DNA from: a virus
DNA: 64,000 bases
Virus record (IMG/VR): IMGVR_UViG_3300036668_000172
Location: 19,750 to 83,749 of that record
Direction: 5' to 3' (one strand)
Of this stretch, positions 18,511 to 27,819 are shown piece by piece; position 1 is the first letter of the stretch, and the number at the start of each line of letters is the position of its first letter. A model generated the notes under the pieces. The model saw nothing but the letters and a program-made list of their open reading frames with translations. It did not search any database and had not been told where the DNA came from. The position numbers and the translations under genes were made by a program.

Positions 18511-18765
18511 TTAGAAGAGCATGTCCCCGCTTTGGGGTTTCGGGTTTCCTTCTTGAGAGTCTTGGTATTCAGACCTTGGGGTAGTCATCTTGGTTTTCCT
18601 GTTGGGGGTGGCGTCAGACGCGCCGAAAGGGGCTGGGTTGAACTGAGACTTATTAGCGTTGCTATTAGCAACCTCTTTGCCCGCTGTAGTGCCACGAGCT
18701 GCCAGCTGAGCATCGCGCTTCTTAATGCTGCTCTTAGCTTTCTTATAGCGGCCTTCGAGACTCAA
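18511..18765 (-). CDS. Hypothetical basic protein
   Basis: Coupled ORF. Confidence 0.55.
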   Translation of the reverse strand: MSLEGRYKKAKSSIKKRDAQLAARGTTAGKEVANSNANKSQFNPAPFGASDATPNRKTKMTTPRSEYQDSQEGNPKPQSGDMLF

Positions 18766-18959
18766 AGCTCTAAACCTGTTTTCCAGAAGGAGTGGTTGGG
18801 GTCAGACAAGTCCATGTGCACAACATTAGTGTGTGGGTCCCTGATGCCCTGAAGTCCCATTCGGGAAGTCGTCTCTTCAACCTGACTCTTTGGAGACTCA
18901 AACTGAGTTGGGTCGTTGACGTTCTTGACTGAGCCGTCTCTTTTATCGTGGAAGTCCAT
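18762..18959 (-). CDS. Hypothetical protein
   Basis: Coupled ORF. Confidence 0.55.
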   Translation of the reverse strand: MDFHDKRDGSVKNVNDPTQFESPKSQVEETTSRMGLQGIRDPHTNVVHMDLSDPNHSFWKTGLEL

Positions 18960-19051
18960 TAGTCACTCTTTTCATGTTTGGTTTCACATTCTCTGGCTAA
19001 GGACGCAACGGGGAATGATTTTTTGCAAATGCTACAGTGACCTTCGCTCAT
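18959..19051 (-). CDS. 30-aa Zn-finger peptide (not in ORF track)
   Basis: MSEGHCSICKKSFPVASLARECETKHEKSD, TAATG-coupled. Confidence 0.5.
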   Translation of the reverse strand: MSEGHCSICKKSFPVASLARECETKHEKSD

Positions 19052-19305
19052 TGTTCCATTGTCCGCCTTTTGCGGACTCTCTGCAGGGTGAATTTTTTCG
19101 ATAGAAGTCTTTTTTTCACTTCTCGTGTCAAAAGGATAACGTTATCGGGATACTTTTGACATTTGGCAAATCTAGCCTAAAAACGCCCTCGTAGAACGGC
19201 GGCTAACGGACTTTGACGATGCACCACGGGTGATTGCATCAAAACAAAGATAAAAGCCCCCAGATTGTCTCTGAAGGCTTATTACGGCTATGTGGTTACT
19301 TTCGG

Positions 19306-19602
19306 CTATTCATGACCCACAACTTTGAAGCCTTTACGACTTCTTACCTCATTTGGCTTCTTAGAAGGGGTGTAAAGTGTCTCATCTGACTCAAAAGGTT
19401 CCACTCTGTGGATTGTTCCCTTACCTCCACCAAAGAATCCTTCGGCGTATGCACGAGCTTTGTCAATGTCAGGAGTTGCTGAGGCTTCGCCCTTATTTGG
19501 ACGGACTACTTCACCGATAGGAATAGTGGCAGGTGAACCGTGATAAAGAATCTTTCCTTCACCACTACCTGCTGTGCGACGGTGGTTAAATGGAATGGCC
19601 AA
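19306..19602 (-). CDS. Arr-like ADP-ribosyltransferase
   Basis: LYHGS...GEVVRP...G.GTIHRVEP...RSRKGFKVVG parallels Arr FYHGT...GD.L...G.GRVY.VEP...RS..PLRVVG. Confidence 0.7.
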   Translation of the reverse strand: MAIPFNHRRTAGSGEGKILYHGSPATIPIGEVVRPNKGEASATPDIDKARAYAEGFFGGGKGTIHRVEPFESDETLYTPSKKPNEVRSRKGFKVVGHE

Positions 19603-19633
19603 AAGTTATCCTAAGAACGCCCCTATTACCAAG

Positions 19634-19942
19634 CTATTCGGCTGGAGCGGACTTGACAGGGTTAGTTTTAAGGTGCTTGGTGTACTCACCAGCGGCTGTT
19701 TCGTTCAGTGGACTGCTGCTGCCACCAGAGGTCATACCCATTGGGCTAATCACTTTGCTAAGCATCGGACGACCTTTGCCAGTCGCAATGTAGTCACCGT
19801 GCTTCTGAGCTGCTCCTTCGGAGCTGTGCATGGTGTCGGTTACAGCAGGGTCTGACATTTGAAGTCTGTAAGAACCATCGTGAAGACTAGTGTGGTCTCC
19901 CTGCTTACGGCTTGGGTGTTCTGCTCTGTTAGGTACGTCCAT
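19634..19942 (-). CDS. Hypothetical protein
   Basis: In-operon ORF. Confidence 0.55.
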   Translation of the reverse strand: MDVPNRAEHPSRKQGDHTSLHDGSYRLQMSDPAVTDTMHSSEGAAQKHGDYIATGKGRPMLSKVISPMGMTSGGSSSPLNETAAGEYTKHLKTNPVKSAPAE

Positions 19943-19951
19943 TTTTCTTTC

Positions 19952-20179
19952 CTAGCAATCTTTGAACTGAGTGGAGTTAAGAGCTCCGTGCTTTTCAGCC
20001 TTGCGGTCCTTGCGGAGTAGCATGCCGCCGCCGACTGCTCCTACGACTGCCCCTACTCCAGCAGCCATTAAGGCGTTTGCTGGGGATGCTCCATCGTGAG
20101 CTCCCATAGATGCGCCTGCCATGGCTCCCATAACTGCTGAGCCTGTTGGAAGAGCATCTACCATCTTATATTTTTTCAT
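19952..20179 (-). CDS. Glycine-zipper membrane protein, probably leaderless
   Basis: GAxxGA repeats; upstream GGTTAC-N24-GAGAAT lies 6 nt before ATG. Confidence 0.65.
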   Translation of the reverse strand: MKKYKMVDALPTGSAVMGAMAGASMGAHDGASPANALMAAGVGAVVGAVGGGMLLRKDRKAEKHGALNSTQFKDC

Positions 20180-20222
20180 AATTAGATTCTCCCACGCAAT
20201 TGTATTTTTCTCTCAGTAACCA

Positions 20223-20408
20223 TTATTTCTTATTCGACGTACGAGGAACTTTTTTCTCCAAGGCGGCATTACCGTTCACGCTGGAGGCTTCCTTGGTTAC
20301 TTCGCCTGATGTCTGAGCAAGATTGGCTCTTAGGTAGTCTCCGCCTTTGATGCCACGAGGGCCACCAAACATGCCCTTGGCAATGTTGGGACTGAGATTA
20401 CGATTCAT
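20223..20408 (-). CDS. Hypothetical protein, probably leaderless
   Basis: CATACT 6 nt before ATG. Confidence 0.55.
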   Translation of the reverse strand: MNRNLSPNIAKGMFGGPRGIKGGDYLRANLAQTSGEVTKEASSVNGNAALEKKVPRTSNKK

Positions 20409-20425
20409 GCTCCCAGTATGACATA

Positions 20426-20904
20426 GCTACAGGGGCGATTTAAGGCTAAAAATGATAAGGGTGACCCCCTGGTAGAACTGTCCGTAGATGAAAAGGGGGT
20501 AACAACTACGGCTCGGCCAGGGGGCCACCTGAGTAGATAGTAGCACATGCCATGGCTACAGGGGCGTTTTAAGACAACCCGTGCATGTGGTTCCAGATAG
20601 CAATCATGTAGACCTCTGCGTCCTCTGGGTCATCATACTTCTTAGCCAGTTCTTCAATGGCGGCGATTAAAGCTGCCTCTGGCAGGTGGGTGACATAGTG
20701 CCAAAGCTGCACCAAGTCATCGTCTATAAACTTCATAACAGTATTATAAGGCTACTGGGGCGTTTTATACATAGAATCGGTAGGCCGCAGCCGAGTCGGC
20801 TCCATTCGGGCCTTTTCGAGTGTCTTTGGGGGGTCAAACCTGCACATTCCGCAATTTAATGCCCAGTAATCAACCGATACCGAAGGATACGGGGGCATTT
20901 TAGG
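20426..20904. repeat. Dispersed about 19-bp direct repeat GCTACNGGGGCGTTTTAAG in the divergent region
   Basis: Copies at 20426, 20555, 20751 and 20886; also 22041 and an inverted copy at 19176-19195. Confidence 0.75.
20569..20736 (-). CDS. 55-aa protein, probably leaderless (not in ORF track)
   Basis: MKFIDDDLVQLWHYVTHLPEAALIAAIEELAKKYDDPEDAEVYMIAIWNHMHGLS; TATAAT 6 nt before ATG. Confidence 0.55.
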   Translation of the reverse strand: MKFIDDDLVQLWHYVTHLPEAALIAAIEELAKKYDDPEDAEVYMIAIWNHMHGLS

Positions 20905-21170
20905 GACAAAATGGGCTACTGCCTCACTTTCAAGGTCATCAAGCGGGTGTGAGACCTGGCATGACCTGCTGGAATTCTGCGGTTACCCTGCTGGCGTGCA
21001 ATAATCCACTTATCGCCACCACGCCGAACAGGTGCGGCGCGCACTCACTCGCTTACTTACGGGCGGTTATCGCTACTAGGTGTATGAATTATGTTCTTGC
21101 GCTTACTAGTGGTAATCGCCACTTAGCCCGCTGTCACTATGGGCTATCACGCTAAGTAAAGGAATAACTA

Positions 21171-21614
21171 ATGAACGCTGTATCTATCCCGACACGCTCA
21201 ACCGATACACCATCAACCATCATTGACGCTACCGACAACGCTCTACGGGGCGCTATTGGTAACGTGTTCGTCGATGCTGTATTTCAGGCTCACGCTCAGG
21301 ACGAGTTGGCTTTTAGGGTCGCTGTAAAGGCGGCAACTAAGGCGCAAATAAAGGCTGATGCCGATGCTATCAAGTATGCCAATGCAGAACTACTCAAGGC
21401 AGACTTGCAAGACAATGGCTCAACTGTTCTGGGTATCGCCGTATCATACGAGGAACTACTCCACCTAGCCACCGTTGGTGTCAAGGCATGGTATGACCTA
21501 CCCGAGGGTAACATCATCGCCCGTCTAGTAAGCGACGTCACCGTAGCCCTAGCTGGGGCGCAGTCTCGTGAGGCAAATGCGCTCAAGAGCGCTATCGCCG
21601 AGCTACAAGGCTAA
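21171..21614 (+). CDS. First gene of the plus-strand early-type block, helical hypothetical protein
   Basis: SD AAAGGAA, 147 aa. Confidence 0.75.
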   Translation: MNAVSIPTRSTDTPSTIIDATDNALRGAIGNVFVDAVFQAHAQDELAFRVAVKAATKAQIKADADAIKYANAELLKADLQDNGSTVLGIAVSYEELLHLATVGVKAWYDLPEGNIIARLVSDVTVALAGAQSREANALKSAIAELQG

Positions 21615-21632
21615 TCAGGCTACTGTATCCCC

Positions 21633-21786
21633 GTAAGCAAGCCCGTCTCCGAGTATGACCAGACTATACAGGCACTTCACGCCTTGTTATCAGGTACTAC
21701 AAGGGGACGGGCTTACTTATTACAGGCTTGTATACCTATACGGTTAGCTAGGTTCTTGGTTCCTAGCTAGCCTTATAGATAGACAA
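21633..21786 (+). ncRNA. Structured intergenic RNA: long closing stem with three inner hairpins, then an 11-bp hairpin
   Basis: 21633-21650 pairs with 21703-21720 (17/18 including G-U); 21742-21752 pairs with 21762-21772. Confidence 0.5.
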
Positions 21787-21824
21787 TCCGTTTATCTAGC
21801 CCAACATACATACAGGAGGACCTA

Positions 21825-22007
21825 ATGGGTCGCAAGAACAGTAAGGCACGAGAGAAGCCACAACCAGAGAGCACAGTAGCTATGGTTGCTAGGCTCAACA
21901 AGCAGAACACCGTCTACAAGGCACACAAGAGAGAAGAAGCGTTCTCTATGTCTCTCTCTATAGGTTCTCGTATACCTGAATCTATCTCTAAGTCCCTTCG
22001 TAAGTAA
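21825..22007 (+). CDS. Small basic protein
   Basis: SD AGGAGG. Confidence 0.7.
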   Translation: MGRKNSKAREKPQPESTVAMVARLNKQNTVYKAHKREEAFSMSLSIGSRIPESISKSLRK

Positions 22008-22393
22008 CTTAGGGGGGCAAAGCCCCCCTATAACCCCCCGACTACGGGGGCGTTCTAAGGTAAGCCCTAATGAAAGGAAAGCTAATGCCTACTAAGCAAG
22101 ATGTGACCTGTTACAACTGTGAGAAAGACTTCACAGCGTGGAAGAAAGACATACAAGACTCGGGAGACTACCCCAAGTGCCCAAGTTGTAGAGAAGAGTT
22201 CAATGTTTGGCTAAGAATGTTATGGGGTGAGCAGAACTAATGCTCATCAAATACTATCCAAGGTTCATGCACCCAACGTTTGGAAGCGTAGGCGACCACC
22301 TATGCAAGAGCTGTGCAGGTGAAAGAACTATAAGCGAACCAAGCCCAATGACCAAGTGTGACAACGGTCACAACTAACGAAGGAGAGTAACTA

Positions 22394-22636
22394 ATGGCAA
22401 CACTTACACCGCTAAGAGAACTAGCACCAAAGATTGAGAGAGAAGGTAGGGGCAAGAGCTGGTATGTATACGCTCAACCCTATGTAGAAGCTATGTATTC
22501 ACTGGATACAGTAGCCGATGATTACTATCAGGACACTGGTTCAAGCATCGTTTCGTATGCACTATCCAACCTTACCTACTGGCGAGGAGAGACAGCTAAA
22601 GAAGTAAAGGCACAACTCAAAGCACACCTAAAGTAA
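22394..22636 (+). CDS. Hypothetical early protein
   Basis: SD AAGGAG; YAQPY..AM...LSNL.YWRGE.AKEVK. Confidence 0.75.
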   Translation: MATLTPLRELAPKIEREGRGKSWYVYAQPYVEAMYSLDTVADDYYQDTGSSIVSYALSNLTYWRGETAKEVKAQLKAHLK

Positions 22637-22648
22637 GAGAGACACAAC

Positions 22649-22819
22649 ATGCAACAGTATGAGTTCACAGTTACACAGTCTGAATACGGACTGGTAACCA
22701 TAACTGCACCAACTATAGAAGGTGCTCGTAGACAATTACGAGAGCTATACGAGACAGGTGCTGTTGATTGGCACGATGCAGAAGTTACATTCGAACAATA
22801 CGAAAGAGAGACACGATGA
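22649..22819 (+). CDS. Small acidic protein, DpnD/PcfM-like family (not in ORF track)
   Basis: MQQYEFTVTQSEYGLVTITAPTIEGA... Confidence 0.6.
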   Translation: MQQYEFTVTQSEYGLVTITAPTIEGARRQLRELYETGAVDWHDAEVTFEQYERETR

Positions 22820-23073
22820 AGCGACTAAGAGAATACATAGAACTACGCAAGCAGCTAATGGCTAGCCCTTATGTGAGTGATGCAGTTAGTAGAGACAGGA
22901 ACAACTTGCTCAAGTTCTTTACGGATAGCCGAAAGCTTGAGACAGCAAAGGTTGTCAAGACATTAGATGGCATCAGATACTCCAAGCCTTGGCCCAAGGG
23001 CACAAGCAATGATGATGCATTCAACCTAGCAATCATGGAAGCAATCACAATCGTAAGACAGGAGATGAGATAA
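22816..23073 (+). CDS. Hypothetical protein
   Basis: Start moved to the ATGA-overlap ATG. Confidence 0.65.
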   Translation: MKRLREYIELRKQLMASPYVSDAVSRDRNNLLKFFTDSRKLETAKVVKTLDGIRYSKPWPKGTSNDDAFNLAIMEAITIVRQEMR

Positions 23074-23075
23074 CA

Positions 23076-23285
23076 ATGGCAAGCACATACTCAAACTCAA
23101 GACGTATGGAAGTAACAGAAGCAGGAGTGATGCAGGTAAAGGTGTGGAGGTGCAGCTATTGCTACACCGAGTTCATTCAGAACCCACAGCCTGAACACCA
23201 CTGTGATGACTACCCGATAGATGAACCAGAGTATACCAACCTAGTTGTAAAGCAAGCAGAGTCATACTACCTAAGGAGAAGATGA
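23076..23285 (+). CDS. Small Zn-binding protein
   Basis: CSYC...HHC; SD AGGAG. Confidence 0.65.
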   Translation: MASTYSNSRRMEVTEAGVMQVKVWRCSYCYTEFIQNPQPEHHCDDYPIDEPEYTNLVVKQAESYYLRRR

Positions 23286-23578
23286 TGACAGTTCCAAAGA
23301 GTGTGTTCATACACACACGCCGTTGGCATGATAAGACATGTGGCACTAACTACTTCGCAAGCCGAGTTGAGGTAGGCACAGGTAACTATTACTATGTGCC
23401 ATTTCAGTATGGCTATGAGGAGGCAGACATAGATGCAGTTGTAAAAGTATTACAAAGTGCAGGCTATGAAGTAGAGCGTAAGCAGTTCAATACAACAGGT
23501 GCACCCTTTGACCACTACCGAGTTGCCTACTGGTCAACCAAAAAAGAAACCAAGAGATTAGGAGACGAGAACGCATGA
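23282..23578 (+). CDS. Hypothetical protein
   Basis: WHDK..GTNYF...PFQYGY. Confidence 0.7.
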   Translation: MMTVPKSVFIHTRRWHDKTCGTNYFASRVEVGTGNYYYVPFQYGYEEADIDAVVKVLQSAGYEVERKQFNTTGAPFDHYRVAYWSTKKETKRLGDENA

Positions 23579-23751
23579 GATACAACGTCACGTTTATAAC
23601 AGACAAAGTAGTGCTTACTACCTCAGTAGAAGCTACCGATGAAGACCAAGCACACGACCAAGCACTAGCCACAGTGTCCTACGAACTAGGGCTGAACCTT
23701 ATACCCATCAGATACCAAGTGGAATACGAAGAGACGGAGGAATACGCATGA
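23575..23751 (+). CDS. Small acidic protein, DpnD/PcfM-like family (not in ORF track)
   Basis: MRYNVTF...SVEATDEDQA. Confidence 0.6.
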   Translation: MRYNVTFITDKVVLTTSVEATDEDQAHDQALATVSYELGLNLIPIRYQVEYEETEEYA

Positions 23752-24270
23752 GCTACGAACCAGGAGTAATTACACGAATAAGCAACACCTACACACTGCT
23801 ACAAAGCTACGGTGTGAACGTTTGGTATGGGGAAGCAGGAGATGACACTGACCTAGCCAAGATGACACTAGACAACACGCCCATGGAAGAACTACTTGCT
23901 TACTGCAAGGAGTATGGCTACCTAGAAGAGGAGGAAGTATGAGCGAGACAGCTTACTTTATGAACAAGACACAGGCAGAGATGCTAGCCAACTTGATACA
24001 AGAGACGATGTCGAACAGCTACGAGGACTACCAGAACTATGCAGAGTTACAGCCTGTATACCACGTACTTACAAGAGGGTGGACATTCAAGACACCAGAC
24101 CACGAAGAGAGAATGAGGGAGGGCAAATGATTAAGTATGACAGCGAAGTCTGCTACCAGTGTGAAGCCAATGAAGTATCTGTGCCTGTAGGTACAGTGCA
24201 CCCATTGTGTGGAGAGTGTGAGAACGAGTTCGATAGCTGGTTCTCTCAGCAACTTATACAACTGGGCTGA
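23748..24270 (+). CDS. Three small coupled genes (23748-23942, 23939-24130, 24127-24270)
   Basis: ATGA overlaps; the last has CxxC...CxxC. Confidence 0.6.
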
Positions 24271-24294
24271 CAGCAAGCCCCAACACAAACAAAC

Positions 24295-24353
24295 GCCCGA
24301 ATAGCATACGTATAGGTGCAAGTCCTATACGGGCACGAGTAGTAACCGCTACT
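24295..24353 (+). ncRNA. tRNA-like minihelix leader, copy 1
   Basis: GCCCG/CGGGC plus TATAGG-TGCAAGT-CCTATA, ACG, hairpin AGTAG-TAACCG-CTACT, then SD GAAAGGAA. Confidence 0.7.
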
Positions 24354-24374
24354 TATACATGAAAGGAATAACGC

Positions 24375-24545
24375 ATGAAAGATTACACCGTTAGTATCTA
24401 CGAAAAAGTTGCTCACATTGTAGATGTACAAGCTGACTCAGAAGATGAAGCATACGACAAAGCCTATGAAGTTATCTCTCTAGGTAAGCCCTATGACATC
24501 GAAGCTGTGGAGTTCACTGGTGAGTGGAAAGCGGAAGAGGCATAA
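24375..24545 (+). CDS. Small acidic protein, DpnD/PcfM-like family (not in ORF track)
   Basis: MKDYTVSIYEKVAHIVDVQADSEDEAYDKA. Confidence 0.7.
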   Translation: MKDYTVSIYEKVAHIVDVQADSEDEAYDKAYEVISLGKPYDIEAVEFTGEWKAEEA

Positions 24546-24548
24546 CGC

Positions 24549-26168
24549 ATGAACGAATGGACAGTATGGGTAGGTGGTGGAGAAGTCAATGACCACCTAC
24601 TTACCTTTGAAGAAGCCTCAGAAGTACTAGAAGAGTACAAGCAAAGAGGTTACGAAGATGCAACTATAGAGAGGATAAAAGAATGAAAAAGTATGTAACA
24701 GACGTAACAATCAGCGTGACAGTAGACGCTAAGGATACAGAGAATGCGTGGAGGCAAATAAACCAGCTTGCAATCGCTCTAAGAGACCTCGCTGAAGCAA
24801 TGGATTACAACTCAGAGCTTCAGGACATAGAGGAGCCAGAAGAGATAGAGGAGGAAAACTAATGCCAGAAGAGAAATGGGTTACCGTAGCTTATCACGAT
24901 GAGCCAGAAGACGAGCTAATGGTATTCGTATCCATTGACAAAAAATGGATAGAAGGAGAAGACGATGACAACATCTTTTTCTACTTTGATACGCAAGAAG
25001 AATACGAGAACGCAAAACAAATAGACAACGGACTAGAGTTCCGCATACTAAAGGAGGAGAACTAATGAGCAAGGTTATTAGAGCAAGCATTGTTTTTGAA
25101 TACTTGGTGGATGGGGATGAAGTCCTAAGTGAACTTACACCCGAAGAACAAATTGAGTATGTCAAAGAAAATGTCGTAGAAGACATAATGTCTATGGGTT
25201 TTGGGAATTCTGATTCCTTACTAGCCGCAATTGAAATCAAAGTGTTAGAGGAGGACTAAGATGCCAAATTATTTAGCGCATTATTCAGTAGGTGAATACG
25301 GAAAAGTATGGTTCAAAGCGGATTCGTTTGAACACGCGGAGAAGTTACTTGCAGAGGTGTTGGAAGGTGAAATGCTATTCGATGACTTGCCTAACATGGC
25401 AACCAAGCCGAAAGGCGATGAGCTAGAGATTGAAGGCTTGGAGGAGTTGCCCTAATGGATTGCCCAAGGCACGAAGGAAGCTACGATTGCACACCATTTT
25501 GTAACCTATGCGAGGGCAACCAAGAATACGAAACTAAGGAGATAACTAAATGACCAAATGGATAGAGAACGAGCACGCTGAAGCAGAAGCAAACTTAGAG
25601 TATCAACGACAAGCAATTGCTAGGGGTGGTGGAAGCGTTAGCGAACTAGATTATGCAATTGGATACCTAGACGCAATAACTAACGCTTGGAACGAAGAGT
25701 CTGGAATGCCCCAACACAAACAAACCATAGAACACCCAACTAAGGAGGAAAACTAATGAGCAAGCAAGTTCACTTTGTAATAGCAGTAGACGTAGACACT
25801 AAAGAAATTTACATAGACGACGATACCTATTCGGCAAGGTTTGATGAGGAACAAGGCTACTTTGACACCGATACAGAAAGTTGGAAAGCAGACGACGACC
25901 AATCTTTCTATAATCAAGCACTAGAGATACTAAACACTAAGGGAAAGGTATGCGGACAATGTTAGATAACAGCACTAAAGGCTTAGAGCCAGCCACACTA
26001 ACAGGCTCAGAGTTGGAAGATGAAGACACAATCGTATGGCAGTCAACACTTACTCAAGAGATGGTAGAGCACATGTCTGAAAAAGACTTGAGCAACCTAA
26101 TCGAAGAGCTAGACAGTGCAGTAGAAGACATCTGCACACAGTATGACGAAGACATGAGTGGGCTTTAA
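24549..26168 (+). CDS. Run of small acidic genes (24549-24686, 24683-24862, 24862-25065, 25065-25259, 25261-25455, 25550-25756, 25756-25965, about 25959-26168)
   Basis: Tight TAATG/ATGA coupling and strong SD motifs. Confidence 0.65.
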
Positions 26169-26323
26169 GAGCTGTGGAAATCAGCAGGCACTATGCACAC
26201 GAGATTGTAGTAGCACAGTACTCAGACCTCAACGGTGTAGCCGTGAATTTCTCAATAGAGTGTCTAGACTGCGACGAAGTAATAGCCGACCAAGACGAAC
26301 CAACTAACTAAGGAGGAAAGACC

Positions 26324-26554
26324 ATGAGCAGCTTATGGAAGAGTAAAAAGAAAGACCTATCAGGTAAGTTCACTATCACCTACAGCATCACGTACAACAT
26401 GAGCAAGAAGTCACTACGTAAGGACTTCCTTGAGTGGTGTGACGATTACAAGCCAACCGTTAAAGCATTGAACGATTGGTTGTCAGACAGATTCATTGAC
26501 CCTATAGCAGTAGACCCTAAGGCAACACTAACGATAACTAAGGAGAGTAACTAA
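26324..26554 (+). CDS. Hypothetical protein
   Basis: SD AAGGAGG. Confidence 0.65.
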   Translation: MSSLWKSKKKDLSGKFTITYSITYNMSKKSLRKDFLEWCDDYKPTVKALNDWLSDRFIDPIAVDPKATLTITKESN

Positions 26555-27078
26555 TGGGATTAGACATGTACCTAGAAGCACGTAAGTATATAAACCGCAT
26601 AGATTGGAAGACCGTACCACAGGGCAAGTTAGCTGACGGAGCTACCCTTGACGACTACGTATCACAAGAGTTCAAAGAAGTACAAGAGATGTTTCCTACA
26701 AAGCTTACTAAGCACGCTGAAGGCGGAAGCACAGTAAGTGTCAACATAGGTTACTGGCGCAAGGCTAACCAAATACACAACTGGTTCGTAACGAATGTTC
26801 AAGATGGGAAAGACAACTGTGAGCCACATCAAGTAAGTGTCACTGAGCTAAGCCAGCTGGTGTCTAGTATAGACACCGTACTAGCTGGAGACATAGAGAC
26901 TGCTAAACGAGAGCTGCCCGTATTAGCAGGGTCCTTCTTTGGTAACTACGATGAAGAAGAAGGCTACAACCTGTACTACTACGAAGAGCTGACCACTACC
27001 AAGGAGATGTTGGAAGACATCATCGCCGCAAGAGTTGAGGGCGACGGTTACGACATGTACTACCAGTCAAGCTGGTAA
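26554..27078 (+). CDS. Conserved phage protein (MGLDMYL...YWRKANQIHNWF...YQSSW family)
   Basis: Recognisable widespread phage hypothetical motif set. Confidence 0.8.
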   Translation: MGLDMYLEARKYINRIDWKTVPQGKLADGATLDDYVSQEFKEVQEMFPTKLTKHAEGGSTVSVNIGYWRKANQIHNWFVTNVQDGKDNCEPHQVSVTELSQLVSSIDTVLAGDIETAKRELPVLAGSFFGNYDEEEGYNLYYYEELTTTKEMLEDIIAARVEGDGYDMYYQSSW

Positions 27079-27105
27079 TAACCAAACACAACGAAAGGAA
27101 TACTA

Positions 27106-27444
27106 ATGAACGCTATAACAATCCCTTACAAGATAGAAGACAAAGAGTTCTGGTCAAGCATCCTAGGTAGTACAGAGTTCACCGAAGAGTGGTGGCTCAA
27201 GATTCACTATGAGGACGACACTAGTTGGGAGTATCCAGGAGCTATACAAGTGACTGCACTAGATGGAGACAACAAGCCAGTTACTAAGAGACTTACATTA
27301 GATGACCTGCTGGTTGCATACATCTTTGCAGTGACACGTGAGTATGGTCACTGTGGTGCACTAGTAGACATACAAGACATGGACTCATGCGCCAGTGACA
27401 TAGTGCTGCAGATAGCAATGTTCGGAGATGTTATCTATGGATAG
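27106..27444 (+). CDS. Hypothetical protein
   Basis: C-terminal D...D.VLQ.A.FG.V.YG motif. Confidence 0.75.
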   Translation: MNAITIPYKIEDKEFWSSILGSTEFTEEWWLKIHYEDDTSWEYPGAIQVTALDGDNKPVTKRLTLDDLLVAYIFAVTREYGHCGALVDIQDMDSCASDIVLQIAMFGDVIYG

Positions 27445-27613
27445 TAAGCGTGTGAAGTTCTTACTACGTGGAGCAAAGCAAACACTGCCCCAACACAAAC
27501 AAACCATAGAACACCTATGGATACGTAAGAAAACAATTTTGCGTATCATGACCGAGGCCTATAACATGGGCAGAGAGGATGAACATGGAATTCAAACAGA
27601 CCCTAATGTGTGA
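27437..27613 (+). CDS. Hypothetical protein containing the 30-nt repeat
   Basis: Shares PQHKQTIEH with ORF 25550-25756. Confidence 0.5.
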   Translation: MDSKRVKFLLRGAKQTLPQHKQTIEHLWIRKKTILRIMTEAYNMGREDEHGIQTDPNV

Positions 27614-27741
27614 AGAGTGCTTTGCACACTACACCGATACAGACCCCAAGCACGTATGCGGAGAGAATGGTGAATACGTAGTGTTCCCATTTGAATTGTA
27701 CGGCCCCGAAGCGCTTTGGGATAGCGAGTACTAGCACCATA

Positions 27742-27800
27742 GCCAGACCAGCAGACACCTAGGTGCAAGTCCTAGGCTGGCACGACTAGCAACCGCTAGT
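27742..27800 (+). ncRNA. tRNA-like minihelix leader, copy 2
   Basis: GCCAG/CTGGC plus CCTAGG-TGCAAGT-CCTAGG, ACG, hairpin ACTAG-CAACCG-CTAGT, then SD GAAAGGAA. Confidence 0.7.
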
Positions 27801-27819
27801 TATTTATGAAAGGAAATTC

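Noticed and set aside
19306-19602. Bona fide rifampicin-resistance gene
   Set aside because: Shorter than Arr and missing the substrate-loop motif; kept only as ART-like
20426-20904. Repeats as a CRISPR array
   Set aside because: Copies are degenerate, only about 19 bp, and 130-200 nt apart with an ORF between two of them
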